DNA of 64,000 bases from an uncultured Candidatus Rokubacteria bacterium (GCA_963747235.1 CAVVEU010000013.1:288001-352000), one strand, 5' to 3'. Positions 42,492 to 52,808 are shown, counted from the stretch's first letter. The notes: generated by a model not told the origin, from the sequence alone. Numbers and translations are program-made.

Positions 42492-43447
42492 ATGACCGTC
42501 GAAGAAGCCCTGCTCGCGGTGGTGGGGGCGGTCGCGCTCGTGCTGCTCTTCCTCGGTCTGGCGGACGCCCTCGAAGGGGATCCGCGCGCCTGGCTCCGCG
42601 GGCGCCGCCGGCGTCTCTCGCGGCCCGAGCGGCCGCGCCCCGGCCTCGCGCCCGCCCCGCGGACCCCGCTGGCCCGCCGGGCCTCGCCGGCCTCTCCCGC
42701 GGCCCCGGAGCCGAAGCCCTCCAGACGAGCGGCGGTGACGGCAGAGCCTGCCGAGGCGGCGTCTCCGGCCCCGGAGGCGGCCCGCGCCATCGTGTCCGAG
42801 GAATGGCGCGCCCGGGTGGCCGCGCTGATCCGCGGGCGCGAGTGCGAGGAGGCGCGTCAGCTCCTCGATCCCGCGCTCGAGCGCGATGAGGTGGATCGGG
42901 AGACCGCGGGGTTCCTCCTCGACGTCTGCTCCACGGCGGTGGCCCGCGATCTCTGGCGTCTCCGTCGCGCGGTTCGCCGGGGCGGAGGCGACGAGGCGCC
43001 GCTCGCGAGCTCGCTTCAGGTGACCGGGTCGTGCTGGAGGCGTCCGTGGCGCAGGATCTCCCACGGGAACAGCGCCGCCGGGTGACCGGCCGCCTCTGGC
43101 GCGGACACACGCGGCTGGGCCTGCGCCGGTGGCGCGCCGGGACCTTCGAGACGGCGGTCGAGTCCCTGTTCCAGGCGCTCGCCGTGCGCGGGATCGACGA
43201 GCGCCGGCGCCGGCTCGCCCGTGACCTGCTGGTGCGCACGCTCGAGGACATGGCCGGTGAGAGCCTCGAGGTGATCCCGCAGCTCCTGGGCGAGGGTGAT
43301 CGCGCCATCGCGCTCGGGCAGGCGCAGCGGCTCCTCGAGCACATCCGCCGTACCCGGGACGAGGGCGTGTCGGCGGAGGAGCTGGCGGTGGCCGCCTCGC
43401 GCGCGCGCCAGCTGCTGGAGCACATCGAGCAGACCCCGGTGCGATGA
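42492..43447 (+). CDS. membrane-anchored helical hypothetical protein (frameshift near 43030)
   Basis: N-terminal TM, Pro/Ala linker, helical C-terminus continuing in 43031..43447. Confidence 0.5.
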
Positions 43448-44126
43448 CCGACCTCGGGCCCGCCCTGACCCTCGGCCAGATGGTGGACCGGGCGGCCGCG
43501 CGGTTTCCCGACCGGATCGCGGTCGTCTTCAAGCGGGAGCGGATCAGCTACGCCGACCTCAAGCGCCGCGCCGACGATTTCGCGCGCGGGCTCCTCGCGC
43601 TGGGCCTGGGGCCGGGCGATCACGTCGTGCTCTGGATGCCCAATCGCGTCGAGTGGAACGTCGCGAACCTCGGCATCGCGAAGATCGGGGTGGTGACCGT
43701 CACCTGCAACAGCCGCTGCGGCGGATCCTCGACCGCGAGCGTGGCCTCGGCATGGACGCGCTGGTGGTCTACGGACTCACCGAGGCGACCGGGGGCACCC
43801 ACTGGATCGCGGCCGGGCGATCCGATCGATCGGCGGGTGTCCATCGTCGGGGTACGCACCAGCGAGGTCCTGGACCGCGTGATGGATCCCGCGACCGGCC
43901 GCGAGCTAGCGCCCGGCGAGGAAGGTGGCTGCACACCGGGGACATGGCGGTCCGGGACGCGGAGGGCTATGTGCGGCTCACCGGGCGGCTCGCGAGGATC
44001 GCCAACTTCAAGGTGCCGAAGTACGTGGAGATCGTGGACCGGTTCCCGTTGACCGGCTCCGGCAAGGTGCAGAAGTTCAAGCAGAAGGCCTACGCGGTCG
44101 AGAAGTACGCGCTCCGGGGGCCCTAG
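43444..44126 (+). pseudogene. heavily deleted acyl-CoA synthetase (AMP-binding) gene
   Basis: Ordered fragments in different frames: ISYADL...GDHV.LWMPN, YGLTEATG, DPATG.E...GEEG, WLHTGD...DAEGY..LTGR, FKVP.....FPLTGSGKVQK in only about 680 bp. Confidence 0.85.
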
Positions 44127-45193
44127 CGGGCCGCGTCGATCGAGCGGGCGCGCGCTTCCGCGAAGACCTCGAGCGGCATGCCCAGGAAGGTGGCCACCAC
44201 GTCCGGGTCGAAGTGCGTGCCCGCCGAGTCCCGGATCCGATCGCGCGCCGCTTCCAGCGAGATGGCCTTGGAGTACGGCCGGTCGTAGGTCATGGCGTCG
44301 AAGGCGTCGGCGACCGCGAAGATGCGGGCGCCGAGGGGAATGACCGGGCCGGCGAGCCCGAGCGGATACCCGGTGCCGTCCCAGCGCTCGTGGTGGTGGT
44401 GCACCACCGGGATCGCGTCGCGCAGGAACGGGATGCTCTCCAGGATCTGCCGGCCGATCTCGGGGTGGCTCCGCATGATCACCCACTCCTCGGGCGTCAG
44501 GGGCCCGGGCTTGAGGAGGATCGCGTCGGAGATGCCGATCTTGCCGATGTCGTGCAGGAGGACGCCACGGCCCAGCGCGTCGAGCTCCGCGGCGGGCAGC
44601 CCGTGCGAGCGGGCGAGGGCCAGCGAGTAGGCGTGCACGCGGCGGGAGTGCAGCTCGGTGCCGATCTCGCGGGTGGCCAGGACGGAGCCCAGGGCCTCGA
44701 GCGTGGTCTGATAGGTCTGCTGCAGCTCTCCGAGGGCGGTGGCGAGGTCGCGCGTGGCCTCCGACACCCGGTACTCCAGGAGGACCTGGTGCTCGCGGCG
44801 CTCGATCAGGAGCTGGCGGTGCTCGAGCGCCCGCTCCGCCGAGAGCAGGACCTGGTCCAGGTTGACCGGCTTCAGGATGAAGTCGCTGGCGCCCTGCTTG
44901 AGGCTCTCGACGGCGGTGCGCACGTCGGCCGCGCCGGTGAGCATGATCACGGCGGCGTCGGCGTCGCGGGCCTTGACGTGCTGGAGGAGCTGGAGGCCGT
45001 CCATGACCGGCATCTTGAGATCGGTGATGGTGAGCGGGGAGCGCTCGGCCTCGAAGAGCTTGGCCGCCTCCCGGCCGTTGCCCGCGATCCGGCATTCGTA
45101 GCCCGCGGAGCCGAACACCGCGCGGAGCGTGGTGCGGATGTCGCGCTCGTCGTCGACGATCAGCACCCGCCGGGCCGAGGCCAGCGCGGTCAC
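44123..45193 (-). CDS. response regulator with HD-GYP phosphodiesterase domain
   Basis: REC (IVDDE, TDLKMP, KP); HSRRV, LHDIGK, HHERWDGTGYP, RPY. Confidence 0.93.
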   Translation of the reverse strand: MTALASARRVLIVDDERDIRTTLRAVFGSAGYECRIAGNGREAAKLFEAERSPLTITDLKMPVMDGLQLLQHVKARDADAAVIMLTGAADVRTAVESLKQGASDFILKPVNLDQVLLSAERALEHRQLLIERREHQVLLEYRVSEATRDLATALGELQQTYQTTLEALGSVLATREIGTELHSRRVHAYSLALARSHGLPAAELDALGRGVLLHDIGKIGISDAILLKPGPLTPEEWVIMRSHPEIGRQILESIPFLRDAIPVVHHHHERWDGTGYPLGLAGPVIPLGARIFAVADAFDAMTYDRPYSKAISLEAARDRIRDSAGTHFDPDVVATFLGMPLEVFAEARARSIDAAR

Positions 45194-45197
45194 GAGG

Positions 45198-46232
45198 TCA
45201 CGCGCCCGGCCGCCCGGGCGCCCGACCGGCCGCGACGTCCTCGTGCACCGATACGCGATTCTTGCCCGCGCGCTTCGCCGCGTAGAGCGCCTCGTCGGCC
45301 GCGCGGATCAGCTCGTCGGCCGCGGGGGCGACGTCCTCGGGCAGGGAGGCGATGCCGAAGCTGGCGGTGACGCGGCGGCCGTGGGCGAAGGTCCAGGTGG
45401 AGAGCACGTAGCGAATGCGGTCCGCGTACAGGCGCGCCCCGCTCTTGCTGGTCTCGACCAGGAGCACCGCGAACTCGTCGCCGCCGTAGCGGCAGATGAC
45501 GTTGATGCCGCGGGACTGCTTGAGCAGGATCTCGGCCATCGCGCGGAGCGTCTCGTCGCCGGCCCCGTGGCCCAGGTCGTCGTTCACCGCCTTGAAGCCG
45601 TCGAGGTCGAGCAGCACCACCGAGACGGGGTGATTGAAGCGGCGATAGCGCGAGACTTCTTCCTCGAGCCGGATCGAGAAGAAGCGGCGGTTGTAGAGGC
45701 CGGTGACCTCGTCCTTGAACGAGAACTCCTTGAGCTGGGCGCTGGTGGACTCGAGCTCCTTGTACGCGGTGTCGAGGCGGCGCGCGTACTCGTTGACGTC
45801 GGAGGCCTGCTGCTCGATGGTGACCAGCATGCGCGAGAAGGAGTGCATGAGCGTGTCCACCTCGTCGCTCTGCTGCACGTACTGCTGCACCGCGCTGGTC
45901 TCGAGGCTCGGCGTGGGCCGCGACGTCCCGGCGGCCGGCGCGGGCCGGCGCGGCGCATCGAGCGAGTCCGCGTGGCGCACCACCGAGGTGGCCAGATCCC
46001 AGAGCATGAAGCTGCCCGCCGCCATGAGGAGCCCGGTCCCGCCGAGCATCACCAGCATCCACGGGAGGTTGCGCTCCTGCGCCTGGGGGTCCAGCAGCGG
46101 GAGCGCGTAGGCGTAGACGAGATAGGCAACCACCAGCATGGGCAGGAACGCGGTCAGGGCCATCGCGATCAGAATCTTGCGCTTGATGCGGCGGGCCGCG
46201 GGGGTCTCGGCAGCTCTGGCGCGTCTGGCCAT
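45198..46232 (-). CDS. membrane diguanylate cyclase (GGDEF)
   Basis: Two TMs, D.VTGLYNRR, DLDGFK.VND..GH..GD, RYGGDEF, AD.ALY.AK..GKNR. Confidence 0.93.
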   Translation of the reverse strand: MARRARAAETPAARRIKRKILIAMALTAFLPMLVVAYLVYAYALPLLDPQAQERNLPWMLVMLGGTGLLMAAGSFMLWDLATSVVRHADSLDAPRRPAPAAGTSRPTPSLETSAVQQYVQQSDEVDTLMHSFSRMLVTIEQQASDVNEYARRLDTAYKELESTSAQLKEFSFKDEVTGLYNRRFFSIRLEEEVSRYRRFNHPVSVVLLDLDGFKAVNDDLGHGAGDETLRAMAEILLKQSRGINVICRYGGDEFAVLLVETSKSGARLYADRIRYVLSTWTFAHGRRVTASFGIASLPEDVAPAADELIRAADEALYAAKRAGKNRVSVHEDVAAGRAPGRPGA

Positions 46233-46339
46233 GGCGTCAACCCCAAGGATAAGCGGCGACGGCCCTTCAATGCGGCGAGAATTTCAGCGCGGCGCCCTTC
46301 CTTGACGGGGTGCGGAAGGGTGGGGTACGGTAGCTTGCC

Positions 46340-46591
46340 ATGGCCCAGGAAGCGAAACTCGTCAATCCTGACAGGCAGATTGACTGCACCGGGCTGTTCT
46401 GTCCCATGCCGATCGTGAAGACCCGTGAGGCGATGGCCCTGATGACGGCGGGTCAGGTTCTCGAGATGCTCTCCGACGATCCCGCCTCCGATCCCGACAT
46501 GCGGAGCTGGGCGCAGAACACCGGCCACGAGCTGCTCGACGTCATCCGGAACGGGGCGGTCTACCGCTTCGTGATCAGGAAGTCGCGGTAG
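46340..46591 (+). CDS. tusA: sulfur carrier TusA
   Basis: IDC.GL.CPMP, DDPAS..D. Confidence 0.9.
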   Translation: MAQEAKLVNPDRQIDCTGLFCPMPIVKTREAMALMTAGQVLEMLSDDPASDPDMRSWAQNTGHELLDVIRNGAVYRFVIRKSR

Positions 46592-47785
46592 ATGCCGGTG
46601 GAGTCGACCGGGGTCGAGCCCGGGCGCGTCTACCTCGACTACGCGGGGTTCGCGCCGGTGGACCCGCGGGTGCTCGCGGTCATGCGCCCGTTCCTCGAGG
46701 CGGGGATCGGCAATCCCTCGGCCCGCCACTCGCTCGGCGCCGAGGCGCGCGAGTCGCTCGACGCGGCCCGCGTGAAGGTCGCGCGTCTCTGCGGGGGCGC
46801 GCCGGGCGGCATCGTGTTCACCTCCGGCGCCACCGAGGCCAACAACCTGGCGATCAAGGGTGTGGTGGCCCGCGCTCGGGGCGGCGGGCCCGTCCGCGTC
46901 CTGCTCTCGGCCATCGAGCACATCTCGGTGATCAATGCCTGCCGCGACCTCGAGAAGGCGGGCGTGACCGTGTGTCACCTCCCGGTGGACGGCGAGGGCC
47001 GCGTGGATCCGGGCATGCTCCGGGCGGCCCTCACCGCGGACACGGTGCTCGTCTCGATCGCCGCGGCCAATCCCGAGATCGGCACGGTGCAGCCGCTCAA
47101 GGAGATCGGGCGGGTGACGCGCGCGGCGGGCGTCGCGCTGCACGTGGACGGCGTCGGCGCGCTGGGCCGGGTGCCGCTCAACGTGGAGGCGATGAGCATC
47201 GACCTGCTGACCGTCTCGGGGAACGACCTCTACGCGTCGCCGGGCAGCGGAGCCCTCTGGGTCCGGCCGGGCGTGCGGATTCATCCGCAGGTGCTGGGCG
47301 GCGGCCAGGAAGGCGGCTACCGGTCGGGTACGGAGAACGTGCCCGGCGTGGTCGGCCTCGGGGTGGCCGCGGAGCTGATGCGCGTCGAGGGCGCGCACCA
47401 GGAGGCGACCCGGCTGGCCGCCCTGCGCGACCGGCTCATGCACGGGCTGCTCGAGGCGATCCCGGACTGCCGGCTGACCGGCTCGGCGACGTCGCGGCTG
47501 CCGCAGCACCTGAGCCTCGTGGTGCGCGGGGTGAAGGCCGACGGCGTCCTGCTCGACCTCGATCTGGACGGGGTGGCCGCCTCGTCGGGATCGGCCTGCG
47601 CCTCGCTGACCCAGACGACGTCGCACGTCCTGCGGAGCATCGGGTGCACGCCCGAGGAAGCGGAAGGCTCGCTCTGCTTCACCCTCGGCCGGTGGAGCAC
47701 CGCCGCCGATGTGGACGCGGTGCTGGACCGGCTGCCACCCATCGTGGCGCGCCTGCGCGCGCTCGCCGCCGCGCTCCACACCTAG
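46592..47785 (+). CDS. iscS: IscS/NifS-like cysteine desulfurase homologue lacking the PLP lysine
   Basis: YLDYA, GNPS, FTSGATEANN, IEH, GGGQE..RSGTEN, SSGSAC, SHVL; SGNDLY replaces SxHK. Confidence 0.88.
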   Translation: MPVESTGVEPGRVYLDYAGFAPVDPRVLAVMRPFLEAGIGNPSARHSLGAEARESLDAARVKVARLCGGAPGGIVFTSGATEANNLAIKGVVARARGGGPVRVLLSAIEHISVINACRDLEKAGVTVCHLPVDGEGRVDPGMLRAALTADTVLVSIAAANPEIGTVQPLKEIGRVTRAAGVALHVDGVGALGRVPLNVEAMSIDLLTVSGNDLYASPGSGALWVRPGVRIHPQVLGGGQEGGYRSGTENVPGVVGLGVAAELMRVEGAHQEATRLAALRDRLMHGLLEAIPDCRLTGSATSRLPQHLSLVVRGVKADGVLLDLDLDGVAASSGSACASLTQTTSHVLRSIGCTPEEAEGSLCFTLGRWSTAADVDAVLDRLPPIVARLRALAAALHT

Positions 47786-47801
47786 CCCGCTCGCCCGCTC
47801 C

Positions 47802-48513
47802 GTGAAGCTCGTCCTGTTCGACATCGACGGCACGCTGATCACCTCGCGCGGGGCCGGGCGCCGCGCGATGCGAACCGCGCTCGAGCAGGTCTTCGGCGCC
47901 GCGGGGGGCATCGACCAGTACGACCTGCGCGGGACGGACGGACACCCGCATCGTCCACGACGTGATGGGCGCCCTGGGCTGGGAGCCCGCCCGGGTGAAG
48001 GAGCGCCTCGACGACTTCTTCGAGGTCTACGTGGGGGGACTGACGAGCGAGATCGGCGATGGCCGGCACGTCGTCACGCTGCCGGGGGTGACCGCGGTGG
48101 TGGAGCGCCTGGCCGAGTCCCCGGAGGTGGTGCTGGGCCTGGTGACGGGCAATATCGAGGAGGGGGCCCGGATCAAGCTCCTGCCCACGGGGCTCTGGCC
48201 GCACTTCCGGGTCGGGGCCTACGGCTCCGACCACATGGATCGGCGGCGCCTGCCGTCGCTGGCGACCCGCCGGGCGCACGCGCTCGTGGGCTACGCGTTC
48301 GCGCCCCCCGAGGTGGTCGTGATCGGCGACACCCCGCACGACATCGATTGCGCGCGCGCCTTCGGCGCGGTGGCGATCGCGGTCACCACCGGCCAGTACA
48401 GCCGCGCCGAGCTCCTCGCCGACCGCCCCGACGTCCTGTTCGACGACCTGGGGGACGTGGAGCAGGTGCTCGCGGCGGTGCTGGGCGCGGTGAAAGCGGC
48501 GGAACGAGAGTAA
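47802..48513 (+). CDS. HAD-superfamily phosphatase (frameshift near 47935)
   Basis: LFDIDGTL, VTGN, IGDTPHD. Confidence 0.88.
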
Positions 48514-48548
48514 GCCGGACCCGAGCCGGCGAAGCGCGGCATGGGGGA

Positions 48549-48576
48549 GTGCGGGGGCCATTTCTGGGCCCCCGCA
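48549..48576. terminator. hairpin between convergent genes (terminator or REP-like)
   Basis: TGCGGGGGCC-ATTTCTG-GGCCCCCGCA followed by A-rich tract. Confidence 0.5.
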
Positions 48577-48663
48577 TTAGAAAGTAAAGCGGGCCGCCCT
48601 ACGCCCGAGCGCAGCAGCCCACCCGGTGCCCGGTCAGCCGTCTCGGTGCTCAGCCGGCCGTGC

Positions 48664-49743
48664 TCAGGCCAGGGGCTTGACGCCGAGCTCGCCCGCGATG
48701 TCGTTGCACTGGCGGACGAGGGCGGGGGCGACCGGGATGCCCTGGGCGCGGCGCACGCGCTCGGTCTCGGCCTCGGGCTCGCCCGCGGTGTAGATGCGCT
48801 CCTGGCCGTCGGCGCGCGGCGTGTCGTGGAGCGCCTGCAGCAGGTCGTCCATGGCGGCGGTGAAATCCTCGAGGGGCCGGAAGCGCTCGATGTCGATCGC
48901 GGCGAAGCAATGGCCGGTGTTCGTCTCCTTGCGCTCGCGGCCGTTGGTGCGGTCGAGCACGTTGCCGTAGACGCCGCCCGAGAGCACGCCGGAGAGGATG
49001 TCCACCATCACGCCCAGGCCGTAGCCCTTGTGGCTGCCGAGCTCGCGGCTGCCGCCGAGCGGGGAGAGCAGGCGCGAGGCGAGGATCTCGCGCGCGTCGG
49101 AGGTCGGCCGGCCCTGCGCGTCGAGGCCCCAGCCCTCGGGGATCGGCTTGTTCCAGCGGGAGGCGATCGTGAGCTTGCCCACCGCGACGGTGGTCGTGGC
49201 CATGTCGAGCACGAACGGCGCGTGGTGCGCGGCGGGCGCGGCCAGGCTCAGCGGATTGGTGCCCATCATGGGCTTCCTGGCGAAGGTCGGCACCATGGCC
49301 ACGAAGGGCGAGTTGGTCACCGCGAAGCCGATCATCCCCCGCGCGAGGGCCATCATGGAATAGTTCGCGCACGCGCCGAAGTGGTTCGAGTTGCGCACCG
49401 CGACGATGCCGATGCCGTAGGTCGCGGCCTTGGTGATGGCGAGCTCCATCGCGAGGACGGAGGCGGGATGGCCGAGGCCCTTCTGTCCGTCCACCAGCGC
49501 GGTGGCCAGATCGTCGCGCGCCACGGTGGGCTCGGCCTCGGGCTGGATGAAGCCGGCCCGCGTCCACTCCACGTACTTCGGCAGCATGCCGATGCCGTGG
49601 GAGTCCACCCCGCGCAGGTCGGTGCGGACCATGAGATCGGCGGAGATGGCGGCGTTCTTCGACGACATCTTGAGCGCTTCCAGCACCGAGACGATGTACG
49701 CGGTGAGCGTGGGGGCGGAAACGGTGACGGCGGTGTCGGCCAT
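48664..49743 (-). CDS. Ldh_2-family NAD(P)-dependent oxidoreductase
   Basis: DLRG.DSHG, NSNHFG, GTNP, LDMATT, PLGG....HKGYGL. Confidence 0.92.
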   Translation of the reverse strand: MADTAVTVSAPTLTAYIVSVLEALKMSSKNAAISADLMVRTDLRGVDSHGIGMLPKYVEWTRAGFIQPEAEPTVARDDLATALVDGQKGLGHPASVLAMELAITKAATYGIGIVAVRNSNHFGACANYSMMALARGMIGFAVTNSPFVAMVPTFARKPMMGTNPLSLAAPAAHHAPFVLDMATTTVAVGKLTIASRWNKPIPEGWGLDAQGRPTSDAREILASRLLSPLGGSRELGSHKGYGLGVMVDILSGVLSGGVYGNVLDRTNGRERKETNTGHCFAAIDIERFRPLEDFTAAMDDLLQALHDTPRADGQERIYTAGEPEAETERVRRAQGIPVAPALVRQCNDIAGELGVKPLA

Positions 49744-49757
49744 GGTCGGGTCCTCGC

Positions 49758-50408
49758 TCAGGGCAGCCCGGTGATCTGGATGCCGGAGTTCTTCAGCTTG
49801 TAGCGGCGGTTGATCGTGGCCAGGACCGCGGTGATGCCCTCGAGCGGTCCCGCGTTGGTGAGCGCGCCCACGTCCACCGCGCGCAGGCCCATGGAGGCGC
49901 CCAGCTCGGTGACGAGCTTCTTGGCCTCCGCGTCGCCGCCGCAGAGGAGCAGGTCGCACGCGATGGCGTGGTCGCCCGCGGCCAGCTCGTGGGCCGCGAT
50001 GTGATGGAAGGAGGCCACCACGCGGGCCTCGGGGCCCAGGATCTCCTGCGCTTCCTCCGCGGCGGAGCCCTGTGGCGGCGGCGTGAAGAGGCGCCCGCCG
50101 CCGAAAGTGAGAGGCACCACCGTGCTCACCACGATCTTGCCGCGACAGACGTCGCGCAGCTCGGGGAGCGTGGTCTGGAGCCCGGTGGCCGGCACGGTCA
50201 GCACGACCACGTCGCCGGCGGCCGCCGCTTCCCGGTTCGACTTGCCGTCCACCCGGCTACCGGGCGTGGACGCGGCCAGCTCCGCGGCCTTCGCGCGTGC
50301 CCGCTCGGGATCGCGCGAGCCGATGATCACCTCGTGCCCGGCCTGCGCCCACCGCAGCCCGAGCCCCACGCCTTCCTTGCCGGTGCCGCCCACGATGCCG
50401 ATCCGCAT
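49758..50408 (-). CDS. npdG: NADPH-dependent F420 reductase
   Basis: IGIVGGTGKEG.GL..RW, IGSR, S.AEE, L..INRRYK; in F420 cluster. Confidence 0.9.
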   Translation of the reverse strand: MRIGIVGGTGKEGVGLGLRWAQAGHEVIIGSRDPERARAKAAELAASTPGSRVDGKSNREAAAAGDVVVLTVPATGLQTTLPELRDVCRGKIVVSTVVPLTFGGGRLFTPPPQGSAAEEAQEILGPEARVVASFHHIAAHELAAGDHAIACDLLLCGGDAEAKKLVTELGASMGLRAVDVGALTNAGPLEGITAVLATINRRYKLKNSGIQITGLP

Positions 50409-50451
50409 GCCGTCTCCTGCTGGTTATCGAAACGGTTGCAGGTTGCTTGGG

Positions 50452-51204
50452 TTATCGGAACAGGTCGCGGGCCGGGTCGCGAAGCAGGGCGCGGGTCGAG
50501 CCGTCGCCCCGCGCCCAGTCGAGCCCGCGGATGATCGCCACCGGAATGCGGTCGAGCTTGCCCATCACCGGCTCGGCCGCGCCGGCCAGCTCGTCGGCCA
50601 GCGCCAGGATGGTCGCCTGCAGCACGTAGCCGGCGGGGTCCAGCTCGCCGAGATAGCTGCGGATGGGCTCGAAGCCCGCGAGGCCGACCGCCACGTTGAC
50701 GAGGCCCTCGCGCCAGGGCCGGCCGAAGGTGTCGGCGATGATCACGGCCAGCTCGTGGCCGGTGAGCGCCTGCAGCCGCTCGCGGAGCGCGACCGCGGAG
50801 CGGTCGGAGTCCTCGGGCAGCAGGCACGCGGTGTCCGCGTCCACGTTGGACTGGTCCACGCCCGCGTTCGCGCAGACGAAGCCGTGATGCGTCTCCACGA
50901 TGAGCACGCCCTTGGCCTGGCGGACGATGCGCCGGCTCTCGCCGAGGATGACCTCGACCAGTCGCGGATCGCGCCCGATCTCCTCCGCGACCGCCTGGGC
51001 TCGCGCGGAGGGGGTCACGTCGGAGAGCCGCACGAGGCGGCCTTCGGCCTTGGAGACGATCTTCTGGCTGATCACCAGGAGGTCCCGTGCGGCGATCGGC
51101 GTGTCCTGGCGGCGCGCCGCGTCCACGATCAGGGGCGCCAGGTCGTCCCCGGGCCGGAACTCGGGGAGGCCGCCGACGCCGATGACCTCGTAGCGCGCCG
51201 GCAT
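50452..51204 (-). CDS. cofE: F420-0:L-glutamate ligase (single domain)
   Basis: QKIVSKAEG, CANAGVDQSN, DTFGRPWR.G, ADELA.AA..VMGK, DLFR. Confidence 0.93.
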   Translation of the reverse strand: MPARYEVIGVGGLPEFRPGDDLAPLIVDAARRQDTPIAARDLLVISQKIVSKAEGRLVRLSDVTPSARAQAVAEEIGRDPRLVEVILGESRRIVRQAKGVLIVETHHGFVCANAGVDQSNVDADTACLLPEDSDRSAVALRERLQALTGHELAVIIADTFGRPWREGLVNVAVGLAGFEPIRSYLGELDPAGYVLQATILALADELAGAAEPVMGKLDRIPVAIIRGLDWARGDGSTRALLRDPARDLFR

Positions 51205-51206
51205 GG

Positions 51207-51867
51207 CTAGCGGGCTCCCGCGGACCGCGCGCGCGCCGGGAAGCCGCGCAGGAGCCGGGCGCTCCGGGTGGCGGGCCCGCGCTCGAGAAGCACGGGCAGG
51301 TCGTCGGGCGCGTCCACGTCGAGGCCGATGCCGGGCAGCTCGAGCACGCGCGGCGTCAGGCCGGCGGCCCGCGCGGTCTTCAAGTGATTCTCGAACGAGG
51401 GCTCCCCAAACGTGAGCGGGATCGCGTCCGGAGGCGCCAGCAGGGCGGCGTTGGTACCCCGGCCCGAGCGCGAGGGAACGAAGACCACGCCGGGGGCTTC
51501 CTCGAGGGCGCCACACAGCGTGGCGATCTCCTGGGCGGTGACGCAGGGCACGTCGCCCGGGAGCGTGAGGAAGCGCGCCTTGCCACGGGTGACCGCCTCC
51601 CGCTGGGCGAAGGCCACCGCGGCGGTGTGGCCGCGGTTGGCGCTCTCGGCGAGGCACTCGACCCCCCGGGCGCGAGCGACGGCCTGGACCTCCGGATCGG
51701 TGGTGACCACGAGCACCGCGCCCGGCAGCGCGGCCGCCGCGGCGTCCAGCACGTCCTCGAGCATGGCGCGCGCTAGCTCGCGGCGCTCGGCCGGCGGATA
51801 GGGCGGGGATGAGGCGCTGCTTGGCGTTGACCAGGTCCTTCACCGGCACGGCCAGCAGGAGGCTCAT
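51207..51867 (-). CDS. cofC: 2-phospho-L-lactate/PEP guanylyltransferase (frameshift near 51790)
   Basis: VPVK....AKQRL, MLEDVL, PGDVP, GTNA, FG..SF..H, LDVD.PDDL. Confidence 0.9.
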
Positions 51868-52790
51868 GCGGCCGCGCTCAGGACGTGGCGGGCCAGCGTG
51901 ATCTCGGCTTCGCGGCTCGACATCATGGTGGGCGCGGGCACGGGCGTGACGCCCACGGCCTGGATCTGGTCCGCCAGGGCCCGGTCCTGCTCGTCGAAGA
52001 CCAGGCGGTCGAGCCAGGCGCCGTAGGCCCGGGCGACGCCAACCGCCGACACCGGCAAGCCCGCGGACGCCATGAGCCGCCCAGCGGGGCCCGAGACGGC
52101 GGCGCCACCCACGATGGGGCTGACGGCGACAACGTGCGCCGGCGTGGCGCCCAGGGCCTCCACGAGGCCCGGAACGGACAGGATCGGGCCCACCGAGGTG
52201 ATCGGATTTGACGGGCACACCAGGACGGCATCCGCGGTGGCGATCGCGTCCAGCACGCCCGGCGCGGGCGCCGACGCGGCGGCCCCCGCGTAGTCCACGG
52301 CCCGCACCTCGACCTGGGCCTTCTCGCGCACGAAGTACTCCTGGAAGGTCAGCCAGCCGTCCGGACCGAGGATGCGCGTACGCACCGGCTGGTCGGACAT
52401 CGGCAGCACGGTGGCCGTCACCCCGAGGGCCGCGGCGAGCGAGCGGGTGACCTCGGTCAGCGTCCGGCCTTCCCGGAGCAGCCGCGTGCGGTGCAGATGC
52501 GTGGCCAGGTCGCGGTCGCCCAGGTTGAACCAGACCGGCTCGCCGAAGCGGGCGATCTGGTCGAGGGCGTGGAACGTCTCGTCGGTGAGGCCCCAGCCCT
52601 TCTGCTCGTCGATCACCCCGCCCAGCGTGTAGGAGACGGTATCCAGATCGGGCGAGATGTGAAGACCCCAGATCTCCGCGTCGTCACCGGTGTTCACGAT
52701 GACGGTGAGATCGCGCGGGTCCATGATCCGGGAGAGACCGCGGAGCAGCTTGGCGGCGCCGGTGCCACCCGCGAGCGCGGTGAGCTTCAT
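51864..52790 (-). CDS. cofD: 2-phospho-L-lactate transferase
   Basis: LAGGTGAAK, NTGDD, SPDLDT, WF.LGDRD.ATH, FQEYFV, PSNP..S..PIL. Confidence 0.95.
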   Translation of the reverse strand: MKLTALAGGTGAAKLLRGLSRIMDPRDLTVIVNTGDDAEIWGLHISPDLDTVSYTLGGVIDEQKGWGLTDETFHALDQIARFGEPVWFNLGDRDLATHLHRTRLLREGRTLTEVTRSLAAALGVTATVLPMSDQPVRTRILGPDGWLTFQEYFVREKAQVEVRAVDYAGAAASAPAPGVLDAIATADAVLVCPSNPITSVGPILSVPGLVEALGATPAHVVAVSPIVGGAAVSGPAGRLMASAGLPVSAVGVARAYGAWLDRLVFDEQDRALADQIQAVGVTPVPAPTMMSSREAEITLARHVLSAAA

Positions 52791-52808
52791 GGCGGGGCGA
52801 ACGGCGGG

